A DNA stretch of 64,000 nt from an uncultured Gammaproteobacteria bacterium (GTDB taxonomy: Bacteria > Pseudomonadota > Gammaproteobacteria > GCA-001735895), in NCBI GenBank assembly GCA_964196115.1, contig CAXMRQ010000181.1, forward strand, positions 223 through 64,222, given 5' to 3'. Below the pieces are notes generated by a model. That model did not search any database and was not told the DNA's origin. It saw only the letters and a list, made by a program, of their open reading frames with translations. Positions 1-8,811 of this stretch are shown here, piece after piece. Made by a program: the position numbers and the translations under genes. Within the stretch, counting starts at the first letter, position 1. Every line of letters begins with the position of its first letter.

Positions 1-1
1 A

Positions 2-1123
2 CCCTATTACCTGATCAACAATATCGATGAAGCTGGCAGTTATTTGCGCGACCCCTCAGAGCATTACAGCAAGCAAAATATTGAGCTGATCCAGCAACGA
101 GTCGACAAAGTTGATTCGAATGCCAAGAAGGTAACGCTCGCCGATGGCAGCACGAGAGATTACGACAAGCTGTTACTGGCCACTGGGTCTAGACCGATAA
201 GTCCTCCGATTCCAGGGCTGGATTTACCGCAGGTGCATTCCTGCTGGACGCTGGAAGACGCACGCCACATTATTGAGCTGGCGCAACCAGGTGCCAATGT
301 CGTGTTAATCGGTGCCGGGTTTATTGGCTGTATCATTCTTGAGGCATTGGTGAAGCGCGGTATTAATTTATCGGTAGTGGAAACCGGAAATCGCATGGTG
401 CCGCGCATGCTTAACGAAAAAGCAGGCGGTCTGCTAGAAAAATGGTGTGTCAATAAGGGCATTGACGTGCATACCTCCTGTAGTGTCGAGTCGGTTACAG
501 CAGCTAATAAAGATCAGGTAGAAGTCAGTTTGAGCGATGGTAGTAAGTTGCCAGCGGCTTTGGTTATTACCGCAACTGGGGTGAAGCCGAATACAGAAAT
601 GCTCGAAGGAACTGATATCAAGCTTGAAGTCGGCGTATTGGTGAATAATTCGATGCAAACCAATAATAGTGATATCTATGCTGCGGGTGACGTGGCGCAG
701 GGTATGGATTTTTCTACCGGTAACTTTGAAGTTCAGGCAATACAACCGACCGCTACAGACCATGGTCGCGTTGCGGCATTGAATATGGCAGGCAAGGCAA
801 CCGAGAATCATGGCAGTCTGAATATGAACGTCCTCGATACCGTAGGATTAATATCCTGCTCGTTTGGCCTTTGGATGGGTGCTGATGGGGGTGAACAGGC
901 TGAGTTATATAATCCAGATGAGTTTCAGTATATCAATCTACAGTTCGACGGTGATTGTCTGGTCGGTGCGAGTACGGTCGGTAAGACCCAGCATGTCGGT
1001 GTTTTGCGCGGTTTGATCGAGTCCAGGGTTAATCTTGGCCCCTGGAAACAACGTTTGATGAGCGATCCGACTGCTATTATGGAAGCTTACGTGGCTTGTA
1101 CTCAGGAATTAGGTTACGTTTGA
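2..1123 (+). CDS. FAD-dependent NAD(P)H oxidoreductase (NirB/rubredoxin-reductase-like, probable AorC-type subunit), 5'-truncated by the window edge
   Basis: Frame is open from base 2 (PYYLINNIDEAG...). Motifs LLLATGS, GAGFIG and IYAAGD are present. Followed by MoaD-like and MoeB genes. Confidence 0.8.
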   Translation, partial: PYYLINNIDEAGSYLRDPSEHYSKQNIELIQQRVDKVDSNAKKVTLADGSTRDYDKLLLATGSRPISPPIPGLDLPQVHSCWTLEDARHIIELAQPGANVVLIGAGFIGCIILEALVKRGINLSVVETGNRMVPRMLNEKAGGLLEKWCVNKGIDVHTSCSVESVTAANKDQVEVSLSDGSKLPAALVITATGVKPNTEMLEGTDIKLEVGVLVNNSMQTNNSDIYAAGDVAQGMDFSTGNFEVQAIQPTATDHGRVAALNMAGKATENHGSLNMNVLDTVGLISCSFGLWMGADGGEQAELYNPDEFQYINLQFDGDCLVGASTVGKTQHVGVLRGLIESRVNLGPWKQRLMSDPTAIMEAYVACTQELGYV

Positions 1124-1163
1124 CGGACAGTTCGTGAAATAGCGATTTGTTCGGGATTCTCAG

Positions 1164-1415
1164 ATGAAACTGTATATCGAGTTCTATGCCTCGTTAATGA
1201 AATACCTGCCGCCCGGCAAATCCAGGTTTCGTCGAGAAATCAGCGTAGAAGATTCGCCGATCTTGAATCGCCTCATCGAGCAATATCATATTTCCCCACA
1301 GGAGGCTCATCTTGTGCTGGTTAATGGAAGATTTGTTAATCCTGAAGATCGGGATCACAGAGTTTTGCAGCAAGGTGACGTTATTTCTATCTGGCCGCCG
1401 GTAGCAGGGGGTTAA
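1164..1415 (+). CDS. MoaD/ThiS-family sulfur carrier
   Basis: 83 aa with LVNG...GDVISIWPPVAGG and a C-terminal Gly-Gly. Confidence 0.9.
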   Translation: MKLYIEFYASLMKYLPPGKSRFRREISVEDSPILNRLIEQYHISPQEAHLVLVNGRFVNPEDRDHRVLQQGDVISIWPPVAGG

Positions 1416-1419
1416 GTCT

Positions 1420-1737
1420 ATGCCTGCCGGTGCAGGGATAATCGAATACGAAATGGGCTACGGGGCCGATGAATTCGGCAATGTTTTGCAAGGCACGTTC
1501 AGTGGAGAAAAATCTCCTTATCGCTACGAGACGCTTGCCAGGCATCACTGGCGTATGAGTCAGCTCGACAGCGAATTGAATATAGAAATTCAGGTTGAGG
1601 AAATGCCGCCCCGCAGGCTCGGTTTATTTGCATTACCGGTACTGCAGGTTAAGTTCTATCTGCATCAAACTACCCTTGATGATCAGACCGGGTTTTTCGA
1701 CCGGTTTCATAAATATTTTCATAAAGGAGGCGGTTAG
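1420..1737 (+). CDS. Conserved hypothetical protein ending in GGG (possible AorE-like accessory protein)
   Basis: Tightly packed between the MoaD-like gene and moeB; ends FFDRFHKYFHKGGG. Confidence 0.6.
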   Translation: MPAGAGIIEYEMGYGADEFGNVLQGTFSGEKSPYRYETLARHHWRMSQLDSELNIEIQVEEMPPRRLGLFALPVLQVKFYLHQTTLDDQTGFFDRFHKYFHKGGG

Positions 1738-2478
1738 TTGGACGCCGAGCAAGAGGATCGCTATAGCCGTCAAATTCGATTAGCTCAGATAGGCGAACCC
1801 GGTCAGCAAAAAATTCTCGATTCGAGTGCGCTGATAGTCGGTATGGGTGGTCTCGGATCGCCTGCGGCAATGTATCTGGCAGCGGCAGGCATCGGCAAGC
1901 TGGTAATCACCGATTACGATATGGTCGAAGTTTCTAACTTGCAACGCCAGATCATTCATAATACCGCCAGAATTGGTGATAACAAGGTGGACTCGGCGAA
2001 GCAGAGTATCGAGGCGATCAACCCTGATTGTCAGGTAGAGACCATCAACTATCAGCTCGACGAAGAAGAATTAAAATCAGTCATCCAGCGTGTCGACATC
2101 GTGCTTGATTGCTGTGACAACTTTCCCACTCGTTTCGAAGTTAATCGATATTGCGTGGAAACCGAAACACCACTGGTTTCAGGCGCAGCGATCCGGCTCG
2201 AGGGCCAGATCATGAATTTCCAGCCGAAAGTTAATGGGCCGTGTTATCAATGTCTGTATACGCAAGTTTACGAAAATGCCGAGACCTGTGAAATGGAGGG
2301 TGTACTTGGCCCGGTAGTCGGCGTCATCGGCACCATGCAGGCGCTACAGACACTGTTGATTTTGACCGGTCAGGGGGAACCATTAATCGGTAAATTACTG
2401 CTACTGGATGCCGCCAGCATGGAGTGGCAGGGGGTAAAATTACCCAGGAATCCGGCTTGCCCGGTGTGTGGGGCGTAG
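1738..2478 (+). CDS. moeB: Molybdopterin-synthase adenylyltransferase (MoeB/ThiF family)
   Basis: RYSRQI, GMGGLG, SNLQRQ, CYQC and CPVC motifs. TTG start follows an AAAGGAGG SD. Confidence 0.9.
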   Translation: MDAEQEDRYSRQIRLAQIGEPGQQKILDSSALIVGMGGLGSPAAMYLAAAGIGKLVITDYDMVEVSNLQRQIIHNTARIGDNKVDSAKQSIEAINPDCQVETINYQLDEEELKSVIQRVDIVLDCCDNFPTRFEVNRYCVETETPLVSGAAIRLEGQIMNFQPKVNGPCYQCLYTQVYENAETCEMEGVLGPVVGVIGTMQALQTLLILTGQGEPLIGKLLLLDAASMEWQGVKLPRNPACPVCGA

Positions 2479-2518
2479 AGGCAGGGGTGTTCCATCATCC
2501 CAAGTCCGATAGTTTATT

Positions 2519-2575
2519 GGTCGAATGAATTCGACCCTACCTGGAAGTACCCTGTAGGGCCGAATTTATTCGGCC
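2519..2575. repeat. Pair of GTAG-type REP palindromes
   Basis: GGTCGAATGAATTCGACCCTAC (2519-2540) and GTAGGGCCGAATTTATTCGGCC (2554-2575). The same family occurs at 7914 and 49755. Confidence 0.8.
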
Positions 2576-2581
2576 TGCTAA

Positions 2582-3455
2582 CTAAATAAACCGCAGTGAA
2601 AAATCGATTGCTCGTAAGTGCTTGGTGAGGGCACCGATAGAGATAAAATCGACGCCGGTTTCGGCAATCTGTAGTAGGGTCTCGTCGGTAATATTACCGG
2701 AAGCGTCGAGTTGAATACGATTATTGTTCAATGCAACGGCTTGCTTCATATCCTCTATATCGAAATTATCCAGTAAAGCACGATCTACTTTGACGTCTAG
2801 CGCCTGCTGTAACTGATCCAGATCCTCGACTTCGACTTCCAGTAAACAATCAGGTCGTAACGCCCGACCACGTTCGACTGCTGCTCTAATGCTACCGCTC
2901 GCAGCAAGATGATTTTCCTTGATTAGATAAGCGTCAAAAGCCCGAGTCGATGATTCATGCCACCCCCGCAATGAACCGCATATTTCTGCGCGCGTCGAAG
3001 ATGCGGAATGGTCTTACGGGTATCGAGGATACGGCAGGCTGTCTGTTTAATTCGGTCGGCATAGAGGCAGGTGGTGGTCGCGGTGCCCGACAGGGTTTGC
3101 AGGAAATTGAGTGCGGTGCGTTCAGCGGTGAGCATCGCCCTCGCGCTGCCGGAAATCTCACACAGTATGCTATTGGCGACAACTCGATCACCATCTGTAG
3201 CATTCCATTTAATCTGAATAGAGCGGTCGCATTGTTTGAAGGCTTCGTTAAACCAGGCGGCACCGCCTAGCACGGCATCCTCGCGCACCAGCAATTGCAT
3301 ATGGAGTTGCGCGGATTCGCCAATCAGCATGGCGCCGAGATACTTTCCGCTCTGAGAGTGCACAACCGGCACGGCTTCGCCGATGTAGTCGCGCATTGCT
3401 TCCATTGCACTCCAAAGACTCGGCGTTTGGTCGAATATGAGACCGTGATTCCAAG
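2582..3455 (-). pseudogene. nadC: Decayed nadC duplicate fused to a fragment of the clc 3' end
   Basis: Colinear with 7976-9010. Lacks 161 bp including the nadC start, and has a 1-nt loss in an A run near 2936 that shifts the frame. Confidence 0.85.
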
Positions 3456-3478
3456 CAGAGTGAAGAGTAGCAAATCGG

Positions 3479-4117
3479 CTAATCGTCCTGGCCTTCGCGG
3501 TGACGTGACATGAAACGGGCTAATTCAGATTCCGTCGGATACAGCCCTGTGAAATTTTCTACATAGGCTGGCATGCGTTTCAGGCGTTCCGATTTCGGCT
3601 CGTCCACCATCATCGATATATAACCCACCTGCGTGTAATACACGGTACGCGCACGCACATCAACCTGTTCAACACTGAACCCGAAACGCGCAAACATGGC
3701 ACGAATCGCATCAATTCTTTCCTCGTCGGTTAGTTCAAGAATTTGCTTTAATTTCGCGGAGTGATGCGCCCAGTTGCGAATCGCAAAGTCCATGCGTGCG
3801 TCAAACAGCTGTGGATCTATCCAGCAATCGAACAGGTTCAGCACAGCCTCGCTAATGGTTTCTGCATACAACTCGGTCTGCGCGATCAAATTACCGGTAT
3901 TGTGCGCCTTCCAGCGTTCGATCAATGCGTCGAGCAGCGTATTACGGTCGTCGAAATGCCAGTAAAAGCTGGTGCGCGACAGTTTCAACGCGGCGGCCAG
4001 GGACATTACCTTAACCGACTCGACGCCGGACTCGATCAACATCTTGTGCGCCGCATCAAGCCATAATTCTTCCGACCCTCGCCAGCCGCTCTTTTTAATT
4101 AGGTTTCCGTTTTGCAT
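3479..4117 (-). CDS. TetR/AcrR-family regulator
   Basis: N-terminal HTH (GVESVKVMSLAAALKLSRTSFYWHF); divergent from the mttB-stcD genes. Confidence 0.9.
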   Translation of the reverse strand: MQNGNLIKKSGWRGSEELWLDAAHKMLIESGVESVKVMSLAAALKLSRTSFYWHFDDRNTLLDALIERWKAHNTGNLIAQTELYAETISEAVLNLFDCWIDPQLFDARMDFAIRNWAHHSAKLKQILELTDEERIDAIRAMFARFGFSVEQVDVRARTVYYTQVGYISMMVDEPKSERLKRMPAYVENFTGLYPTESELARFMSRHREGQDD

Positions 4118-4146
4118 GGGCTAATAATCAAAGGCTTATTAATGTA

Positions 4147-4195
4147 TAAACAGTAATGTCTATTATATTGACATTAATGTCAAGTTTGCTATTGT
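4147..4195 (+). promoter_or_regulatory. Sigma70-like promoter overlapped by a palindromic operator (probable TetR site)
   Basis: Perfect palindrome TTGACATTAATGTCAA (4168-4183) contains TTGACA. TGcTATTGT lies at 4187-4195 and a degenerate copy TAAACAGTAATGTCTA at 4147-4162. Confidence 0.65.
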
Positions 4196-4231
4196 TCACG
4201 CTATTCTGAGCCGGATAAAGTGAAAGCGATC

Positions 4232-5818
4232 ATGACGCAGCAAGGGTTATCCAACAACCGACAGTCTGGCAAACGACGCAGCAACAGCCGTGCCAAGCTT
4301 CGAACCAAGCGTCTGGGTGAATCGGCACAGAACCGTCATCTCCAGGTAGCCTATATCACCCGCAAAATTCCCACCTATGACTTGCTGGATGAAGAAAGTC
4401 TGGTGAAAATTGAACAGGCCACCGACACCATTCTTGCAGAGATCGGCATCGAGTTTCGCGACGATGCGGAGACTGTCGATCTATTCCGTGAAGCCGGGGG
4501 ACAAGTCACTAAGATTAGCGATATAGCCTCGAACATTAAATTTGAGCCGGGTATGATCGGTGAGATATTAAAAACCGCACCGCAACGATTTACCCAGCAT
4601 GCTCGCAACCCCGCAAGGTCGGTGCAGATCGGTGGCGACGCCATGGTGTTTGCTCCTGCTTATGGATCGCCATTTGTTATGGATGTGGATAAGGGTCGGC
4701 GTTATGGAACCCTGTCGGACTTTGAAAATTTCGTCAAACTCGCGCAGTCGAGCCCCTGGTTACACCATTCGGGGGGGACCATCTGCGAACCAACCGATAT
4801 TCCAGTCAACAAACGACATCTGGATATGGTGTATGCCCATATGCGCTACTCTGATCGTGCTTTCCTGGGTTCAATCACCTCGCCGGAACGCGCCGCCGAC
4901 AGTATCGAGATGTGCCGCATTCTGTTCGGTACAGATTTCGTTGCAGATAACTGTGTCATCATGGGTAACTTTAATTCCACCTCGCCACTGATCTGGGACG
5001 GCGTTTCCACCAGGGGTATCCGCAACTATGCCGAGGCCGGTCAGGGCTCGATCCTGTTGCCATTTCTGCTCGGGGGCGCGGTGTCGCCGGTTACGATACC
5101 CGGTGCAGTTGCACAAGGTATGGCTGAATCCCTGGTCGGATGCGCGCTAACCCAGCTAGTGCGTCCTGGCGCTCCGGCTATTCTGGCATCTTTCATTTCA
5201 TCGATTTCGTTACGCTCCGGCAGCCCGACTTTCGGTACCCCCGAACCGGCACTAGGTAGTCTGGTCATCGGACAACTGGCGCGACGCCTGAAACTACCAT
5301 TGCGTTGCGCGGGTAATTTTTCTACCTCAAAGCTACCCGATGCCCAGGCGATGACGCAAAGCGTTATGTCGATGATGTCCGCAGTACAATGCGGTGCGAA
5401 CTACATTCTGCATGCAGCCGGCTTCCTTGATGGCCTGTTGTCGATGTCATATGAAAAATTTATGCTCGATAGTGATCTTTGCGGCGCGCTGCACAGCTAT
5501 CTCAACGGCTTAGAGATCAATGACGACACACTGGGTATCGACGCCCTGCGCGAAGGCGGGCCGGGTGTGCACATGTTTGGTACCGCGCATACATTGGCGC
5601 ATTACGAGAATGCCTATTGGGACAGTGGTATCAATGACGACCAACCTTACGAAAGCTGGTCGGAACAGGGCAGCGAGGACTCCATGCAACGCGCCAACCG
5701 CAAATGGAAGAAAACCCTCGAAGACTACCAGGTGCCACCGATGGACGAGGCCACCAACGAGGCATTGAAAGACTTTATTGCGCGGCGTAAGGCGTCCATG
5801 GACGACGCCTGGTATTAA
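4232..5818 (+). CDS. Trimethylamine methyltransferase (MttB superfamily, non-pyrrolysine)
   Basis: About 530 aa with APAYGSPF, ICEPTD, SGSPTFGTPE and HAAGFLDGLL family motifs; no internal amber codon. Confidence 0.85.
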   Translation: MTQQGLSNNRQSGKRRSNSRAKLRTKRLGESAQNRHLQVAYITRKIPTYDLLDEESLVKIEQATDTILAEIGIEFRDDAETVDLFREAGGQVTKISDIASNIKFEPGMIGEILKTAPQRFTQHARNPARSVQIGGDAMVFAPAYGSPFVMDVDKGRRYGTLSDFENFVKLAQSSPWLHHSGGTICEPTDIPVNKRHLDMVYAHMRYSDRAFLGSITSPERAADSIEMCRILFGTDFVADNCVIMGNFNSTSPLIWDGVSTRGIRNYAEAGQGSILLPFLLGGAVSPVTIPGAVAQGMAESLVGCALTQLVRPGAPAILASFISSISLRSGSPTFGTPEPALGSLVIGQLARRLKLPLRCAGNFSTSKLPDAQAMTQSVMSMMSAVQCGANYILHAAGFLDGLLSMSYEKFMLDSDLCGALHSYLNGLEINDDTLGIDALREGGPGVHMFGTAHTLAHYENAYWDSGINDDQPYESWSEQGSEDSMQRANRKWKKTLEDYQVPPMDEATNEALKDFIARRKASMDDAWY

Positions 5819-5867
5819 CAGAAACCTCCCTTAGATATATAAATCACCCGTCACGAGGTCGAAAAAA

Positions 5868-7904
5868 ATGACGAATGACCCACTGCTGCAGCCTTATCAG
5901 CTCAAACACCTGACGCTGAAAAATCGTATTATGACTACCAGTCATGAACCTGCCTACCCTGAGGATGGCATGCCGAAGGAGCGCTATCGGGCGTACCACG
6001 AGGAGCGTGCGAAGGCTGGCCTGGGTTTGACCATGACCGCCGGTTCAGCCGCCGTATCGAAGGACAGTCCCCCGGTTTTTAACAACATCCTTGCCTACAA
6101 GGACGAAGTGGTGCCGTGGATGCGTCAGGTGGTTGACAGCTGCCATGAGCACGGATGCGCGGTGATGATTCAGCTCACCCATCTAGGTCGTCGCACCGGC
6201 TGGAACAAGGGGGACTGGTTACCTGCTGTCTCGCCCTCGCACAACCGCGAAGCGGCGCACCGTGCGTTCCCGAAAAAACTCGAGGACTGGGATATTGTTC
6301 GCATCATCTCTGACTATGCCGATGCCGCAGAACGCATGCAGGCCGCCGGTCTGGACGGTATCGAACTGCAGGCCTATGGTCACCTGATGGATCAGTTCTG
6401 GTCGCCATTAACCAATACCCTGGATGGACCTTACGGTGGCCCGCTTGAAAACCGCCTGCGTTTTTCGATGGAGGTTCTGCAGGCGATTCGAAAACGTGTT
6501 GGTGAAGAATTCATCGTCGGTATTCGTTACACCGCCGACGAAGTCGCCGAGGGTGGTATTTCCGCCGACGAAGGTATCGAGATATCAAAACGTTTAAAAG
6601 ACACGGGCCTGGTCGATTTCCTCAACGTCATCCGCGGTCATATCGACACTGACCCCGGGCTTACCGATGTCATCCCGGTGCAAGGTATGCGAAGCGCGCC
6701 GTTCCTGGATTTTGCCGGCGAGGTGCGCAAGACCACCGGTATGCCCACTTTCTACGCGGCACGCATCCCTGATGTTGCTACCGCGCGCTACGCGGTCGGG
6801 GCGGGTCTTATCGACATGGTTGGTATGACACGTGCACATATGGCTGACCCGCATATCGTGCGAAAAATCGTTGAAGGCCGGGAGGGCGATATCCGCCCCT
6901 GTGTTGGTGCGACCTACTGTCTCGATCGTATTTATCAGGGCGGCGATGCGCTTTGTATGCACAATGCCGCCACAGGCCGCGAACTCACCATGCCGCATGA
7001 CATCCCAGTCGCAGATAATCGTAAAAAGGTGGTGATTGTCGGTGCCGGCCCGGCCGGGCTCGAAGCGGCGCGTATTGCCGCCGAACGTGGCCACTCTGTT
7101 ATTGTTTTCGAAGCCACCACTGACCCGGGTGGACAAATACGCCTGGCTATGCAAAGCGAGCGTCGGCGTGAAATGATCTCGATTATCGACTGGCGTATGT
7201 CGCAGTGCCACAAACGCGATGTAGAATTCCACTTTAACACTTTGGCTGAAGTCGAAGACATCCTCGCTAGTAATCCCGATGTCGTAATTATCGCCACTGG
7301 TGGACTGCCGCATACCGAGGTTCTGCAAGCCGGCAACGAGCTGGTTGTATCGAGTTGGGATATCATTTCTCGCAGTGTAAAACCGGGTCAGGACGTGCTG
7401 GTTTACGATGATGCTGGCGACCATGCCGGCCTGCAAGCCGCCGAAATAATCGCGGCAACCGGCGCCAGTGTTGAAATTATGACCCCGGATCGGAGCTTTG
7501 CGCCCGAGGTTATGGCGATGAATCTGGTCCCCTATATGCGTAGCATGCAGGATAAAAACGTGACCTTTACCGTCACCTATCGCCTAAAGCGCGTAGAAAA
7601 AGATGGCGATAGTCTGAACGCGATTATTGGCAGCGATTACAGCGACCTTATAAAACAACGCAGCTTCGACCAGATTATCGTCAATCACGGTACGATACCG
7701 ATGGACGAGCTTTATTTCGAACTGAAACCACAATCTTCCAACCTGGGTGCCGTGGACCAGGATGCACTAATCGCTGGTAAGCCGCAGTCGCTGAATACTA
7801 ATCCGCACGGCAATTTCCAGCTATTTCGCATCGGTGATGCCGTTTCTGCACGTAATACGCATGCAGCGATATACGATGCATTACGACTGATGAAGGATAT
7901 TTGA
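5868..7904 (+). CDS. stcD: NADH:flavin oxidoreductase, StcD/HpbA-like N-methylproline demethylase
   Basis: 678 aa. NDPLLQPYQLKHLTL...AIYDALRLMKDI closely matches recalled rhizobial StcD; old-yellow-enzyme barrel, CVGATYC...C cluster and GAGPAG. Confidence 0.8.
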   Translation: MTNDPLLQPYQLKHLTLKNRIMTTSHEPAYPEDGMPKERYRAYHEERAKAGLGLTMTAGSAAVSKDSPPVFNNILAYKDEVVPWMRQVVDSCHEHGCAVMIQLTHLGRRTGWNKGDWLPAVSPSHNREAAHRAFPKKLEDWDIVRIISDYADAAERMQAAGLDGIELQAYGHLMDQFWSPLTNTLDGPYGGPLENRLRFSMEVLQAIRKRVGEEFIVGIRYTADEVAEGGISADEGIEISKRLKDTGLVDFLNVIRGHIDTDPGLTDVIPVQGMRSAPFLDFAGEVRKTTGMPTFYAARIPDVATARYAVGAGLIDMVGMTRAHMADPHIVRKIVEGREGDIRPCVGATYCLDRIYQGGDALCMHNAATGRELTMPHDIPVADNRKKVVIVGAGPAGLEAARIAAERGHSVIVFEATTDPGGQIRLAMQSERRREMISIIDWRMSQCHKRDVEFHFNTLAEVEDILASNPDVVIIATGGLPHTEVLQAGNELVVSSWDIISRSVKPGQDVLVYDDAGDHAGLQAAEIIAATGASVEIMTPDRSFAPEVMAMNLVPYMRSMQDKNVTFTVTYRLKRVEKDGDSLNAIIGSDYSDLIKQRSFDQIIVNHGTIPMDELYFELKPQSSNLGAVDQDALIAGKPQSLNTNPHGNFQLFRIGDAVSARNTHAAIYDALRLMKDI

Positions 7905-7913
7905 GACGGTTTT

Positions 7914-7969
7914 GTAGGGTCGAATTCATTCGACCGGTTTAATGAAGTGCAGGCCGAAATTATTCGGCC
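7914..7969. repeat. GTAG-type REP pair between convergent genes
   Basis: GTAGGGTCGAATTCATTCGACC (7914-7935) and GGCCGAAATTATTCGGCC (7952-7969). Confidence 0.8.
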
Positions 7970-7975
7970 TGCTAA

Positions 7976-8803
7976 CTAAGCGAAGCGCAAAGAAAAATCG
8001 ATTGCCCGCAGGTGTTTGGTGAGGGCGCCAATTGAAATAAAATCGACACCGGTTTCGGCAATCTGTAGTAGGGTTTCGCAGGTAATGTTGCCTGAGGCCT
8101 CTAGCTGGATGCGGTTGTGGTTTAATGCGACGGCCTGTTTCATCGCTTCGATGCTGAAATTGTCCAATAATGCCCGGTCAACCCTGGCCTCAATGGCCTG
8201 CTGTAACTGATCCAGATCCTCAACTTCGACTTCGAGCAGACAGTCGGGTCGTAACGCCCGGCCACGTTCGACTGCCGCTTTAATGCTACCGCTCGCTGCG
8301 AGATGATTTTCCTTGATCAGGTAAGCGTCAAAAAGTCCGATTCGATGATTCATGCCGCCCCCGCACTGAACCGCATATTTCTGCGCGCGTCGAAGATGTG
8401 GAATGGTCTTACGGGTATCCAGGATTCGACAGGCTGTGTGTTTAATGCGGTCGGCATAGAGACTGGTGGTGGTCGCGGTGCCCGACAGGGTTTGCAGAAA
8501 ATTGAGCGCGGTGCGTTCGGCGGTGAGCATCGCCCGCGCATTACCTGAAATTTCACACAGTATGCTATTGGCGACGACCCGATCACCATCTACAGCATTC
8601 CATTTAATCTGAATGGAATGGTCGCATTGTTTGAAGGCTTCGTTAAACCAGGCGGTACCGCATAGCACGACGTCCTCGCGCACCAGCAATTGCATATGGA
8701 GTTGCGCGGATTCGCCAATCAGCATGGCGCTGATATCGCCGCTACCAACGTCTTCCGCAAGCGCCAGTTTTATGTCTTCGGGTATGGCCTGTTGCAAGTC
8801 CAT
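7976..8803 (-). CDS. nadC: Quinolinate phosphoribosyltransferase
   Basis: ALAEDVGSGD, ERTALNFLQ, DTRKT, IKENH and LLDNF motifs. Confidence 0.95.
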   Translation of the reverse strand: MDLQQAIPEDIKLALAEDVGSGDISAMLIGESAQLHMQLLVREDVVLCGTAWFNEAFKQCDHSIQIKWNAVDGDRVVANSILCEISGNARAMLTAERTALNFLQTLSGTATTTSLYADRIKHTACRILDTRKTIPHLRRAQKYAVQCGGGMNHRIGLFDAYLIKENHLAASGSIKAAVERGRALRPDCLLEVEVEDLDQLQQAIEARVDRALLDNFSIEAMKQAVALNHNRIQLEASGNITCETLLQIAETGVDFISIGALTKHLRAIDFSLRFA

Positions 8804-8811
8804 CGGTTATT

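Noticed and set aside
4232-5818. Pyrrolysine-dependent trimethylamine methyltransferase
   Set aside because: The ORF has no in-frame TAG and no pyl genes are present.
6594-7436. 280-aa antisense ORF and similar shadow ORFs (e.g. 41835-42419, 60463-61086)
   Set aside because: They lie opposite well-supported genes and have no motifs.
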